In this document: positions 19,141 through 29,459 of the stretch, piece after piece
Position numbering within the stretch: position 1 is the first letter of the stretch
Layout: each line of letters begins with the position of its first letter
Source: Candidatus Methanoxibalbensis ujae
GTDB lineage: Archaea; Halobacteriota; Syntropharchaeia; Alkanophagales; Methanospirareceae
Reading direction: 5' to 3'
NCBI GenBank assembly: GCA_026134085.1
Contig: JAOQIN010000016.1
Location: 1-35,524 of the forward strand
DNA length: 35,524 bases
Made by a program: the position numbers and the translations under genes
Notes under the pieces: model-generated
Told to the model about the DNA's origin: nothing
Database searches by the model: none
Seen by the model: the letters and a program-made list of their open reading frames with translations, nothing else

Positions 19141-19160
19141 TAAACAGCATGCTAAGTGGA
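19019..19160 (+). ncRNA. Putative TnpB omega-RNA (scaffold 19019-19140 plus flanking guide)
   Basis: GTAGGGCAGGCCCGCCCGAA 5' hairpin typical of tnpB 3' ends; CCCCTTAC-TTCG-GTGGGGGG hairpin; GGTGGTCAC end; shares GGAACC..TGGATGCCCCT with the tnpB relic at 35.1 kb. Confidence 0.62.
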
Positions 19161-19208
19161 AGTATATTTTTTATATTTTTATGATAATTTTTTACATTTA
19201 TAACAACG

Positions 19209-20732
19209 GTGAGTGAGACAATGAGATTGGGGAAGATTGTGCTTTTGAGCGCATTAATGATGATAATGATGAGCGCCTGCATCACTTCCCCGGAACATGA
19301 AAGCGCCACGGTCGTGATAAATGCGTTTGACCTGAACCCCCATGGAAATGATGCCGGCAGAGAATGGGTTACGCTTTATAATCCATCTGATACAAGCGTG
19401 AATATAAGCGGCTGGACACTTTCCACAACACACGGAAAAACGGTTACCGTGAAAATAGAGAATGCGACGATACCCCCGCATGGATATTGGACTTACATTC
19501 ATCCCTCTCAATGGCTTGATAACAACGATGAATCAATAATACTCAAGGATGAAAATGGTGTTGAAATAGACAGAACACCCGTTAAAAGTGATAATGACAA
19601 TGATAACCGATTCTGGAAAAGGCATACTGATGGATTTGATACAGACTCAGAAGCGGACTGGATATTCACATTGTTGGATCTGGAAAAGAGCAGAGTGAGA
19701 AGAGGAAAAGTTATTCATGTGGAGGACGGAGACACGATTGACATCTCTCCGGTTGATGTGGCAGGGGTGCAGCGAATAAGGCTTGTATGTTTGGATGCTC
19801 CCGAAAAGTACACTGAAAGAGGCAGGAATGCGACAGAATTCCTTAAAAGTGTATTATGTGCCTCCGATACAGATCTGACGAAATCCCTTAACTGCTCGGG
19901 GAAAGAAGTTGAATTTGATGTGGATGATTTGAGGCAATATGACAGATATAACCGGATACTGGCAGTTGTTTATGTGAATGAAACAAATGTAAATGCGCTT
20001 CTGTTGAATGAAGGTTTTGCGGATCCCCTTATTATGCCACCTTCAGAATTTGTCCCAAAAGCCTCTTTCGTTTACAGTCCCGAATGTCCTGTTGTCGGAC
20101 AAAATATAACATTCAATGCTTCCTCATCATACACACTTGACCCAGATGCGACGATAGTATCATACATGTGGGATTTCGGTGATGGAGAAAAAGGAAGCGG
20201 GAAGACAGTGAACCATTCCTATTCTTCATCTGGCAGTTACAATGTCACATTGTCTGTGACAGACAGCGACGGTGAGAATAAAAGGACAAACACTGTGAAT
20301 CTGACAATAAAAGTGCGCCCAGCTGGAACAGAATTTGACACGAGAGAGTCTTCAAACCCCTATCCGAGCATTTCAGGGAAATTTGTAGGAACAATAAAAA
20401 CAAATACGAAGATAATAGCGACTAAATTATACACATATCCTTGTGAAGGGACAGGCGGTCACACTGAACATGCGATTATATGCAACAAAACATGGTGTGC
20501 TGAAGCATCATGGAGCGGATACGAAGGTGACTGGATGAACCTCCCCTTCAATAAAACTGTCGTATTAATGCCTTATGAGACATACAATATAACGATAGTG
20601 ACGGGCTCCTACCCGCAGATTCACCATGTCCAATCTGTTGAGACAGAGAACGGATGGATAAACTGCACTTACTTTGAAGATGTGAACGGTCGCGGATATG
20701 ATAATTGGATACCTGCGATAAAATTATGGTGA
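19209..20732 (+). CDS. Surface lipoprotein nuclease: lamin-tail domain + thermonuclease (SNase) + PKD + unannotated C-terminal domain
   Basis: Lipobox-like MSAC; LNPHGNDAGREWVTLYN (LTD); EDGDTI, RIRLVCLDAPE, DRYNRILA (SNase); YMWDFGDG (PKD). Confidence 0.88.
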   Translation: MSETMRLGKIVLLSALMMIMMSACITSPEHESATVVINAFDLNPHGNDAGREWVTLYNPSDTSVNISGWTLSTTHGKTVTVKIENATIPPHGYWTYIHPSQWLDNNDESIILKDENGVEIDRTPVKSDNDNDNRFWKRHTDGFDTDSEADWIFTLLDLEKSRVRRGKVIHVEDGDTIDISPVDVAGVQRIRLVCLDAPEKYTERGRNATEFLKSVLCASDTDLTKSLNCSGKEVEFDVDDLRQYDRYNRILAVVYVNETNVNALLLNEGFADPLIMPPSEFVPKASFVYSPECPVVGQNITFNASSSYTLDPDATIVSYMWDFGDGEKGSGKTVNHSYSSSGSYNVTLSVTDSDGENKRTNTVNLTIKVRPAGTEFDTRESSNPYPSISGKFVGTIKTNTKIIATKLYTYPCEGTGGHTEHAIICNKTWCAEASWSGYEGDWMNLPFNKTVVLMPYETYNITIVTGSYPQIHHVQSVETENGWINCTYFEDVNGRGYDNWIPAIKLW

Positions 20733-20760
20733 TTTATGGTGTGATTTATGGTGATGACTG

Positions 20761-21639
20761 ATGATGATTGATGGAACGGATGACAATAATAAGGACGATA
20801 ATAAGGAAAAGAAAAGATATAAGAAGACGGCTGCTTTCATATATGGTAGTGATTTTGGCGATATTTTCATCGGAAACCTTCTCAATCACCGTGAGTTCTG
20901 CATCTCTTGTGGAGATACCTGCACGTATTGCCGCGGGTTTGATGGATATGCTGATAGAATAGTGGCTGTGATTCGCACGCCTCCCTCACTGCCGGAATTC
21001 ATTGATGAGCCCTCCATTTTCATAATGGATCTGAAACCGGCGGATGTGCTTATCGCGATAGACATACATCCGGACATCCTTCTCAGCCTGCCTGAGCGAC
21101 TTGCAGCACTGAAATATACCGGAATAATAGTGCCCATTGAGCGACCGGGAGCGCTGAGCGTCTTGGAGGAGTTGAAGAAGTTATGCGAGGAAAATGGCAT
21201 TGAATATGCATTCCCCAAGCCCTTCTGTGCACTTGATGCATCTGAAATGCCACCGGAAGACTTCAGCTCTGCTGAATTTGTGAGTGATTTTGTTGAGGAG
21301 TTCCGCATCGGAAAGCCTCTGCTCAGAATAAAAGAGGTTATAAGGGGAGAGGATATGATAATTCAGGATGTTGAGGTTCTGCGCAGCGCACCATGCGGCT
21401 CAACATTTTTCATCGCCCGAAAAATTGTGGGAACTCGCATACCCGCTCGCTCTGTTCGCTCTTTTCGCTCCGTTAAAGGACTCTCAGATGACTCTTCGGC
21501 TGAACTTTTCAGAAGGATTTCAGAGGCTCACCACGCATATCCATGCACTGCGAGCATGGAGCATGACAGAGATGGCGACACATTCCTGCACAGAGCGGGA
21601 TATATTGCGAGGAAAGCGGTGATAAATGCGCTTATCTGA
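20761..21639 (+). CDS. DUF166-family protein
   Basis: CISCGDTCTYC, LPEFIDEP, IHPDI, FPKPFCAL, VLRSAPCGST, YPCTASM, LHRAG. Confidence 0.8.
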   Translation: MMIDGTDDNNKDDNKEKKRYKKTAAFIYGSDFGDIFIGNLLNHREFCISCGDTCTYCRGFDGYADRIVAVIRTPPSLPEFIDEPSIFIMDLKPADVLIAIDIHPDILLSLPERLAALKYTGIIVPIERPGALSVLEELKKLCEENGIEYAFPKPFCALDASEMPPEDFSSAEFVSDFVEEFRIGKPLLRIKEVIRGEDMIIQDVEVLRSAPCGSTFFIARKIVGTRIPARSVRSFRSVKGLSDDSSAELFRRISEAHHAYPCTASMEHDRDGDTFLHRAGYIARKAVINALI

Positions 21640-21672
21640 TGATTTTTTGTATGATTCCTTGTTATCTTCTGG

Positions 21673-22938
21673 CTATCTGAATGATGATGCGAGGAGTGCT
21701 CCTCCGACAGCGCCTATGAACTGAGGATACTTCGGAATGATCACATCAAATCCGAGGATATCGCGCATGGCTCTTGGAACGCCATCAATGAGCGATGTTC
21801 CGCCAACCTCAATTGCAGGTTGCCTGACATCAATGTCCTGCATCAGCTGCTCCTTGACCTGCTCCACAACGGAATAACAGGCAGCTGCTGCAACATCCTC
21901 CCTGCGAGCGCCTGCTGAAAGTGCAGATACAAGATCCTGAATTCCGAAAACAACACAGTAACTGTCCATTTTTATCTTTGATGGGTCACCTTCAAGTGCG
22001 AGTTTGCCGAGTTGAACAACATCAACGCCCAATCTTCGCGCAGTAAGCTCCAAAAATCTGCCAGATGCTCCCGCGCATATGCCTCCCATTGTGAAATTAT
22101 CGGGAATTCCGTCTTTTGCGGTGATTATTTTGTTATCCATTCCTCCTATATCAATTATCATTGCCTCCCCTTTTGTTATTCCCGCGAGGTACATTGCAGC
22201 CTTTGAGTTTACTGTCAGCTCCTCCTGAATGAGTTCTGCATTGAAGTGTTTTCCGATGATGTATCTGCCGTATCCTGTGACGCCGAGTGCCTCTATTTCA
22301 TCCCTGTTCACATTTGCGATTTCAAGTGCTTTTGCAAACACCTTCTCAGCGGTGGGTATGACCTCTCTTGTGTGGGTCCAGTGAGATGCGATGACCTCGT
22401 TCTCATGCATTATGACAGCTTTTGTCGTCGTTGAGCCTGAATCTATGCCCGCTGTGAGACCTTCCTGCGTCTGGCGCTCGAGTATCCATCGCCGCCTCAC
22501 TATTGTGACAAGCGCCTCCATCCTTGTGAGAAGCTCTCCAGCCTTTGTTCTCTCAGAAAATGGATACATGACAACCGGAAGGTCTGTTTTCTCCTGAATA
22601 AGACGCCTTATCCCCGTCCTCATTGCGGCGCCTTCAGGGCACCGGTGGCATGTTGCGATGAAAACTGCATCTGCATCGCAGAGGTTCTCAATGATCGCGT
22701 AGCCGCGTGCAAGAGCCACATTCAGACCTATGCTTTCCCTGAAATCATAGCCGAATTCCCTCGCCTTCGCATACATGTAATCAATGTCAATTTCAGGAAT
22801 GACTATTTCCGCTCCAACTTTTTCAGCTGCCTGCTCTATCTCACGCTGCACATTCCCATATATCGTTCCGCAGGAAACCTGCGCTATTTTAACAGTATCC
22901 TCAGCAGATCCCTCTCTCATCCTCATCAATTGAATCAC
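21673..22938 (-). CDS. Methanogenesis marker protein 15 (BadF/BcrAD-type activase ATPase)
   Basis: [64 protein letters not shown]; start may be 22926 or 22920. Confidence 0.92.
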   Translation of the reverse strand: MIQLMRMREGSAEDTVKIAQVSCGTIYGNVQREIEQAAEKVGAEIVIPEIDIDYMYAKAREFGYDFRESIGLNVALARGYAIIENLCDADAVFIATCHRCPEGAAMRTGIRRLIQEKTDLPVVMYPFSERTKAGELLTRMEALVTIVRRRWILERQTQEGLTAGIDSGSTTTKAVIMHENEVIASHWTHTREVIPTAEKVFAKALEIANVNRDEIEALGVTGYGRYIIGKHFNAELIQEELTVNSKAAMYLAGITKGEAMIIDIGGMDNKIITAKDGIPDNFTMGGICAGASGRFLELTARRLGVDVVQLGKLALEGDPSKIKMDSYCVVFGIQDLVSALSAGARREDVAAAACYSVVEQVKEQLMQDIDVRQPAIEVGGTSLIDGVPRAMRDILGFDVIIPKYPQFIGAVGGALLASSFR

Positions 22939-22979
22939 ATCCTTTAATATGATGGAATATGATGGATCAGGATGGCGAA

Positions 22980-23052
22980 TGCCGGGGGCGGGGTTCGAAC
23001 CCGCGACCTTCAGATTATGAGTCTGACGCCCCTCCGGCTAGGCCACCCCGGC
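22980..23052 (-). tRNA. tRNA-Met(CAT), probably elongator; no intron, CCA not encoded
   Basis: Reverse complement GCCGGGGTGGCCTAGCCGGAGGGGCGTCAGACTCATAATCTGAAGGTCGCGGGTTCGAACCCCGCCCCCGGCA; perfect acceptor, anticodon and T stems; G1-C72 and no three G-C anticodon pairs, so not initiator; Ile2 not fully excluded. Confidence 0.93.
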
Positions 23053-24001
23053 AGTTGCGCTGTGTCATGATTTCATTTCGCAGCTCTCCGAGATATGCGA
23101 TGCGTTCCGCCACAGCCTCGTGCTGATGTAGGCTCTCCTCATTTATTTGAGTTATCTTTATGAGTGCGTTGTCAGGCAGTTCCTTCAACATCTCAACGAC
23201 ATGAAGCGCCATCTCCCTGACGCAGTCCTCCACGAACTTGGGGTTTTGATGCGCCTCTATTGTGATGAAAGCCTCATCAGGCCTCTTAAGCAGCTCAAAG
23301 GTGCTCGCACTCATGGATTCCTCTATTATCCGTATGATCTTCGCCAGAGGCACGCTTGAATCTCCATCAGTTTCTATCAATATACGCCCTCTTCCACGCT
23401 GATTATGTGTTGCTATCGGCACGACACTCAGTATCTCCTCAATGTCACGCAGGTTCCAGCCGCGCTTCCTCAGCACTCCTTTTACCTCCTCCCTGACCAA
23501 TTCCTGCGCACACGGGCATGTCGTCACGCCTGTCACCTCAGCGCCCACGGTCTTCTTGATCCTGATGTCATCACCTCTCTTTGAGGCCACAGCAGATGCA
23601 AATATCTGAACTGGCTCATGAAACTCAATCCCCGTGACAGGCGTCCTTCGCTTCCACATGTATTCACTGCGCATATATACCTCCGCAACTTCCGCATATC
23701 CATGTCGCTGGAGCAGGTGCTTCGCAATCTCAACACACAAATCCTCCACACTGTATACGGGCATTTTCACAAATGTTTCAAGAACATCATACATCACCTC
23801 AAAATTTCGCGACAAATTCGCTCCTTTTATGTCAGGTGGGAGGTTCACAAAAATATCAAATGTGGACACAAGAACAATAGGGCGCTTACTTCCCGTTCCT
23901 ATCTCAACCAGTTTCTTCACATTCTCCACTCCCACTCTCGTCAAACTTATCTTCACATGCGGATTATATGCTTGCACATCCGGTAATTGCTTTATCTCCA
24001 T
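23015..24001 (-). CDS. mptA: GTP cyclohydrolase IV (MptA; methanopterin biosynthesis)
   Basis: [57 protein letters not shown]. Confidence 0.95.
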   Translation of the reverse strand: MEIKQLPDVQAYNPHVKISLTRVGVENVKKLVEIGTGSKRPIVLVSTFDIFVNLPPDIKGANLSRNFEVMYDVLETFVKMPVYSVEDLCVEIAKHLLQRHGYAEVAEVYMRSEYMWKRRTPVTGIEFHEPVQIFASAVASKRGDDIRIKKTVGAEVTGVTTCPCAQELVREEVKGVLRKRGWNLRDIEEILSVVPIATHNQRGRGRILIETDGDSSVPLAKIIRIIEESMSASTFELLKRPDEAFITIEAHQNPKFVEDCVREMALHVVEMLKELPDNALIKITQINEESLHQHEAVAERIAYLGELRNEIMTQRNCRGGLAGGASDS

Positions 24002-24221
24002 ATCGTATGGTTCACTCCGCTCATTTTAACACTTTCGTTTTTCCTCCGTGTCAGAACACCTCCCATCAGGACACAGGGTGAGCTGGAGTTCAAACACAGA
24101 CAGATATAAATAAATGGCGGAAACAAAGCCTCTCCTCACTGCCTCCATACTCAACCTCCTCACATCCTCACTCCCACTTCCGCCTCTTCCTGATGCATGA
24201 GAACACACATAACATCATGCC

Positions 24222-26894
24222 TCAACTCAACTGAATTGAATTTATTATTTTATTTAATGCAGCATCTCCCTTCATCACATATTCAAGCACTTTACGGTGT
24301 AGCTCCTGAAGCAGTTCTCTTCTCGATTCCATCAGGATCACATCGGATGCCTGCATAGCAACGAGATTATGTGCGAAAGGAGATGGAAAAGGTGTTTCAA
24401 CAAATCTGACTGATATTTCACCATGCTCAATTCTCCTCAACACTTTTTTCGCACTCTCAATATCAAATACCTCCTCCAGTATCTCTCTGAATGTCTCCTC
24501 CAGTATGGGAAATCCCTCTATTTTGCTGACAACTTCAAGTATTGAAGAAGAGCTTCGCTGCTGTTTTCCGACACTTATGTCATATCCTCTGTACTGTTTG
24601 AGCACCATAAGACCGCGAACCGCACAATGCCTGAATCTTCGCCTGAACAGTTCTGTATTTTGAATGCTTTTCCTCAGAAGCTCTTCAATATTTGAGCTGC
24701 TCACCATGTTTATGATTTCCTTCACATCTTCGCTTCTCATCGTATGGGGAACTCTCAGGATGAATCCGTTATCATTGATAGTCACGGAGACATTTGTCCT
24801 GTATTTACGGCTGACAGCGAATGCATATGCACGGGAGAGTGCATCAAGCGTTCTTCTGCCGAAAAGTGCATGGAATATGATATTATGTCTGCCCATTTCG
24901 TCTGTGAAATGCTCTATTAGTATGCGTTTATCTGTGGGAATTATGCCTGAGAATCTTTTCTGACACTCAAAATACGCGATTATGTCAGATGCAGCCACAT
25001 CATCAATGCGATATTCCCTTTTAAGCCATTCTTTAATGTGCTTTCTCCAGTTCTTTCCTCCTTCATCCATCCTCCGCTCGATTTCCGCCCTGAATCTTCC
25101 TATGTCAATTGCTGAATCATATTCAAGAGGCAGCATCTCGCCGATCCACGATGGTATTGTAGGCTGTCCATCGCACTGTTCAACGAATGCGCGCACTCCA
25201 TCGGCATTCAGGAATCTGTATGTTTTTCCGCCGAGGACGAATATGTCGTTGCGCTCAAGTCTCTCAAGGAAAGGCTCATCAATTTCTCCTATCCATCTGC
25301 GAGTTGATTTCTGATATACCTGCACCGAGCTCTCAGATGGTATGGTGCCTATGTGCGACATGTATATCGCACGGCTGCTCTTTTTACGACCGAAAACGCC
25401 TTCTTCCTCGTCAAACCATATTTTTGGATACACATTCACATTCTCAAGCTCATTTCCTGATAGATATCGCAGGACAGCGATAAACTGCTCAATCGTCAGA
25501 TTTCGGTAAGGATATGCGCGCTTCACAACTCTGAACGCATCTTCAACGCGCCATTTTCGCTCGGTCGCCATTCCCACTATGTGCTGGGCGAGGACATCAA
25601 GCGCCATTCCGACGACATGCACTCTGTCAAGCTTTCTATCCATTGCTCTTTTCGCGAGAACAGTGCATTCAACAAGATCATCAATGTCAGTCACGATTAT
25701 GCAGCCCCTCGCAGTCCTGCCGAGCTGATGACCGGAGCGACCTATGCGCTGGATGAGGCGGGTTGAGCTTTTTGGGGAGCCTATGAGTATGCAGAATTCA
25801 AGTGCGCCTATGTCAATGCCGAGCTCAAGCGATGAGGAGCAGACAACTGCTTTCATCTTTCCTGATTTCAATCCATCCTCAACGGCAAATCTCACCTCTC
25901 TTGACAGAGAGCTGTGATGTGTTCCCACGCACTCCCCATCGATCATGGATGCAAGCTTGTATGAAACTCGCTCAGCACCTGAGCGCGTGTTCGTGAAAAC
26001 AAGCGTCGAACGATATTTATCAACAAAATCCTTCACTCGCTCATATAACCTCTCAGTCACATCCTTCGCAGTCACATCCTTCGCAATTACATCGTCCGAA
26101 GAAAAATCAATGAAGCGACATGGAGATATGACCCTGACATCCAATTTTCTGGCGAATGAAACATCTGCGATCAAACAGTCTCTCGGCTCACACACATCAC
26201 GATCATATTCGCAGCCCACGAGGAACTTCGCAACTTCATCCAGAGGATATATCGTTGCGCTCATTCCTATTCTCACGAAATCATGCGTGCAGAAATTCTG
26301 CAGTCTCTCAAGCGTTATGCTGAGATGCGCACCTCTCTTTGAATCGGCGAGCTCATGTATCTCATCCACAACCACATACTCAATCATCCGCAGATGCTCC
26401 CTGAACTTCGGCGCGTTCAGCACGATCGCAGCTGTTTCAGGCGTCGTGATGAGTATATGTGGCGGCTTCTTCAGCATCCTCTGCCTCTCTGTCTGTGTTG
26501 TGTCTCCGGTTCTCACCGCAATCCTTATGTCTATGTCAATGCCATCCTCCCTGAATATCTGCGAAATCTCGCTCAAGGGCTCTTCGAGATTCTTTCTTAT
26601 GTCGTTTCCAAGCGCCTTGAGAGGACTGATATAAAGGCAATACACACGCTCACCAATCTCAGAACGCTTGCTCAGCTCGCATAAATAGTTGAGAATGCCG
26701 AGAAAACACGCAAAAGTCTTTCCGCTGCCTGTGGGAGCACATATCAGTATGTTCTTCCTTCTCATTATCTCAACTATCGCATACCGCTGCGGCGGTGTGA
26801 ATTTGCCATACTTGCGCCTGAACCATTTTGCAATGTGCGGCTCAAGCCTCTCATATATTTCTCGATCACTGTATTCACGCGCAGATGCTATCAT
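24222..26894 (-). CDS. lhr: Archaeal Lhr-family ATP-dependent helicase
   Basis: APTGSGKT, YISPLKAL, TTPE, DEIH, SAT, FTNTR, SSSLELGIDIG, QRIGRSGH, GTIP, PSPFA. Confidence 0.93.
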   Translation of the reverse strand: MIASAREYSDREIYERLEPHIAKWFRRKYGKFTPPQRYAIVEIMRRKNILICAPTGSGKTFACFLGILNYLCELSKRSEIGERVYCLYISPLKALGNDIRKNLEEPLSEISQIFREDGIDIDIRIAVRTGDTTQTERQRMLKKPPHILITTPETAAIVLNAPKFREHLRMIEYVVVDEIHELADSKRGAHLSITLERLQNFCTHDFVRIGMSATIYPLDEVAKFLVGCEYDRDVCEPRDCLIADVSFARKLDVRVISPCRFIDFSSDDVIAKDVTAKDVTERLYERVKDFVDKYRSTLVFTNTRSGAERVSYKLASMIDGECVGTHHSSLSREVRFAVEDGLKSGKMKAVVCSSSLELGIDIGALEFCILIGSPKSSTRLIQRIGRSGHQLGRTARGCIIVTDIDDLVECTVLAKRAMDRKLDRVHVVGMALDVLAQHIVGMATERKWRVEDAFRVVKRAYPYRNLTIEQFIAVLRYLSGNELENVNVYPKIWFDEEEGVFGRKKSSRAIYMSHIGTIPSESSVQVYQKSTRRWIGEIDEPFLERLERNDIFVLGGKTYRFLNADGVRAFVEQCDGQPTIPSWIGEMLPLEYDSAIDIGRFRAEIERRMDEGGKNWRKHIKEWLKREYRIDDVAASDIIAYFECQKRFSGIIPTDKRILIEHFTDEMGRHNIIFHALFGRRTLDALSRAYAFAVSRKYRTNVSVTINDNGFILRVPHTMRSEDVKEIINMVSSSNIEELLRKSIQNTELFRRRFRHCAVRGLMVLKQYRGYDISVGKQQRSSSSILEVVSKIEGFPILEETFREILEEVFDIESAKKVLRRIEHGEISVRFVETPFPSPFAHNLVAMQASDVILMESRRELLQELHRKVLEYVMKGDAALNKIINSIQLS

Positions 26895-27016
26895 GAGCCT
26901 TTATTTTCCTTTTTCAGTGCTCAGCTATTATATTATCTGCTCGGCTATCATGTCAACAACAATAGCACCCCGCAGCGGATGCGGCTGGATGGAGAGGTGT
27001 GTGAGAGGTGTGTGAG

Positions 27017-28450
27017 ATGGGTGATGAAAAAGGGGTGAAGATAGGACTTGAGTGTCACGCTCAGCTTCTCACAAAATCAAAGCTTTTCTGTGGCTGTTCT
27101 TCAGATTACAGAAATGCGAAGCCCAACACGCATGTGTGTCCTGTGTGTCTCGGACTTCCGGGTGCGCTTCCCGTCATCAACATGCAGGCGTTGAGGTATG
27201 CAATAAAGGTTGCAATTGCACTTCAATGCGAAATTCAGCACAAAACACTTTTTTATCGCAAGAACTACTTCTATCCCGACCTTCCCCGTGGCTTTCAGAT
27301 ATCGCAGTATGACTATCCAATAGGATTAAATGGAAAAGTCAGCATAGAAGTCGGAGATGGAGAATGTGGAGAGCGCATCATAAGGATAAAAAGGGTGCAT
27401 CTTGAGGAAGATCCAGGAAAACTGATATATCCTGGAACAATAAGCACATCAAAATATGTGCTTGTTGATTACAACCGTTCTGGCATACCGCTTGTTGAAA
27501 TTGTAACTGAGCCTGATTTGAGGACGCCTCGTGAAGCTCGCATTTTTCTCGCGAAGATCCGTTCAATTCTTGAATATCTCGGCGTTTTCAACGGAGATCT
27601 TGAGGGGGCGATGCGGGTTGATGCGAACATTTCGCTCGGTGGCGGCGAACGTGTTGAGATAAAAAACATATCCTCGCTCAAAGGAGTTGAGAGGGCTCTT
27701 TCATATGAGATCACGAGACAGCGCAACATGATGCGTCGTGGAATGAAAATAACTCAGGAAACCAGATTCTACGATGAGGAGCGCGGTGTGACAGTTGCTA
27801 TGCGCACAAAGGAGTTTGAGCAGGATTACAGATATTTCCCGGAGCCAGATCTCGTCGAGATACGCATAGATGACTCGCTCATCGCATCGCTAAAAGCGGA
27901 GATTCCCGAGATGCCTGATGAGAAGATGCGCAGGTTCATCAGTCAGTATTCGCTCGGCAGCGAGCACGCCCGAGCACTCACAGAAGACATTCACATCGCT
28001 GATTTTTACGAGGCTGTCGCATCTGAGATTGACCCGCAGATGAGCGCAACATGGATTGCAGATGTGCTTAAAGGAGAGCTGAACTATCGTGATATGAGCA
28101 TGCGAGAGGCTATGAAACGCATATCCCCCAACGATATGGTGCGCATACTCAGATACCTGAAAGCAGGTGAGATCGCAGAGCGTGCGGCTGTTGAAGTGAT
28201 CAGAGAGATGCTCGATCACGGAGGCTCCCCAGATGAAATCATAAAGCGCAGAGGACTCGCGAGAATGTCAATGGAGGAACTCAAGATCGCTGTCAGTGAG
28301 GTCATACACGAAAACAATGCTGCAGTCGCTGATTTGAAATCTGGCAGAAAAGAGGCACTTAACTTCCTCGTCGGTCAGGTGATGAAAAAGACAGGAGGAA
28401 GAGCGGACCCGAAGGAAGCGAGAAAATTGCTTGAAGAAAGACTGCTGTGA
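27017..28450 (+). CDS. gatB: Asp-tRNA(Asn)/Glu-tRNA(Gln) amidotransferase subunit B
   Basis: IGLECHAQL, CPVCLGLPGALP, RKNYFYPDLP, HLEEDPGK, DYNRSGIPLVEIVTEP, DYRYFPEPDL, FLVGQVMK. Confidence 0.97.
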   Translation: MGDEKGVKIGLECHAQLLTKSKLFCGCSSDYRNAKPNTHVCPVCLGLPGALPVINMQALRYAIKVAIALQCEIQHKTLFYRKNYFYPDLPRGFQISQYDYPIGLNGKVSIEVGDGECGERIIRIKRVHLEEDPGKLIYPGTISTSKYVLVDYNRSGIPLVEIVTEPDLRTPREARIFLAKIRSILEYLGVFNGDLEGAMRVDANISLGGGERVEIKNISSLKGVERALSYEITRQRNMMRRGMKITQETRFYDEERGVTVAMRTKEFEQDYRYFPEPDLVEIRIDDSLIASLKAEIPEMPDEKMRRFISQYSLGSEHARALTEDIHIADFYEAVASEIDPQMSATWIADVLKGELNYRDMSMREAMKRISPNDMVRILRYLKAGEIAERAAVEVIREMLDHGGSPDEIIKRRGLARMSMEELKIAVSEVIHENNAAVADLKSGRKEALNFLVGQVMKKTGGRADPKEARKLLEERLL

Positions 28451-29459
28451 GCTCTTATCTCATGAGCTTCACATACTCTCATCACATCAGCCTTTTCAAC
28501 ATCACTTAGTGTCCTGAGAAGGCTACAACCATCCGGTCCCCGATCCCCAAGTGTTTCATCTAATTAACACGGCGGTTTGCTCCCCTTTAATTATACATAT
28601 CTATCATAAATCTTCGGATAAATCCTCGATCTCTTCTGCACTGCAATATAATCTGCTTTTCTGCATCAATCTCCGCATCAATCATTGGCAATATTATCAG
28701 GATTGGGAGGAGTTATTGTTGTCCTGTTGCCGATGTTTTGATATTGTGATCCATCAAAATTAAGAAAAAGTAATCTCAGTCATGGCAATTCCACCCCGCT
28801 GGTTGACAAAAACAGCTGCTTCCAGAGAGATATTGAACCCTTGACCCTTGTTCTCCCATGATTGTGGCAATATAGTGGCAGGATGTCGGGGAATATCTGG
28901 CAATTAAAACATCACTGAGTGCTCATTGAGATAGCGGATGAGCTTCATTTTGCCTTCAATCTGCACCCTGTAGCGATATACTCCCATCGGCTTCCCGGGA
29001 GTGTGATGTGGATGTGGATATGATAGATTTCCATACTTTTAGAGCTTCAAGCTTGCTTCCTGTCACTTTATCTGCCGACACAATATATAAGGCGAGTGGT
29101 CACTGCTCCCCCTCAATCCAGCTGGTAAGCACAAAAACGGGTCTGATCTGAAATGCAACTGTCTCTTAAGTTTGAACCAGCATGAGGTAAATCTGGATGA
29201 GGGTTGGAGAGATTTGAGCGCAAAGGAGCCATATTCAGGGAGTGATGCTCAAGGCAATTGCTTTTCATTTCCCTTTTCATCGGGATCCACTTCGAAACTT
29301 GCTCCGGTTTTCAATTGTTCAATATATTTTATTCAAAAAAATTAAAAGGCTTTCAGGGCTCCTCTCATCCGTTCTGGATATGCACATATCACACAAAACT
29401 CACATGCTCTATTTAAAAAGGCGGGAATCGGCAGCAATATAAATGGAGGGGAGAGGCAT

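Noticed and set aside
28451..29400. Roughly 1 kb gap between gatB and cooS as an ncRNA or hidden gene
   Set aside because: Only short broken frames; no convincing fold, repeat or family that I could recognise.
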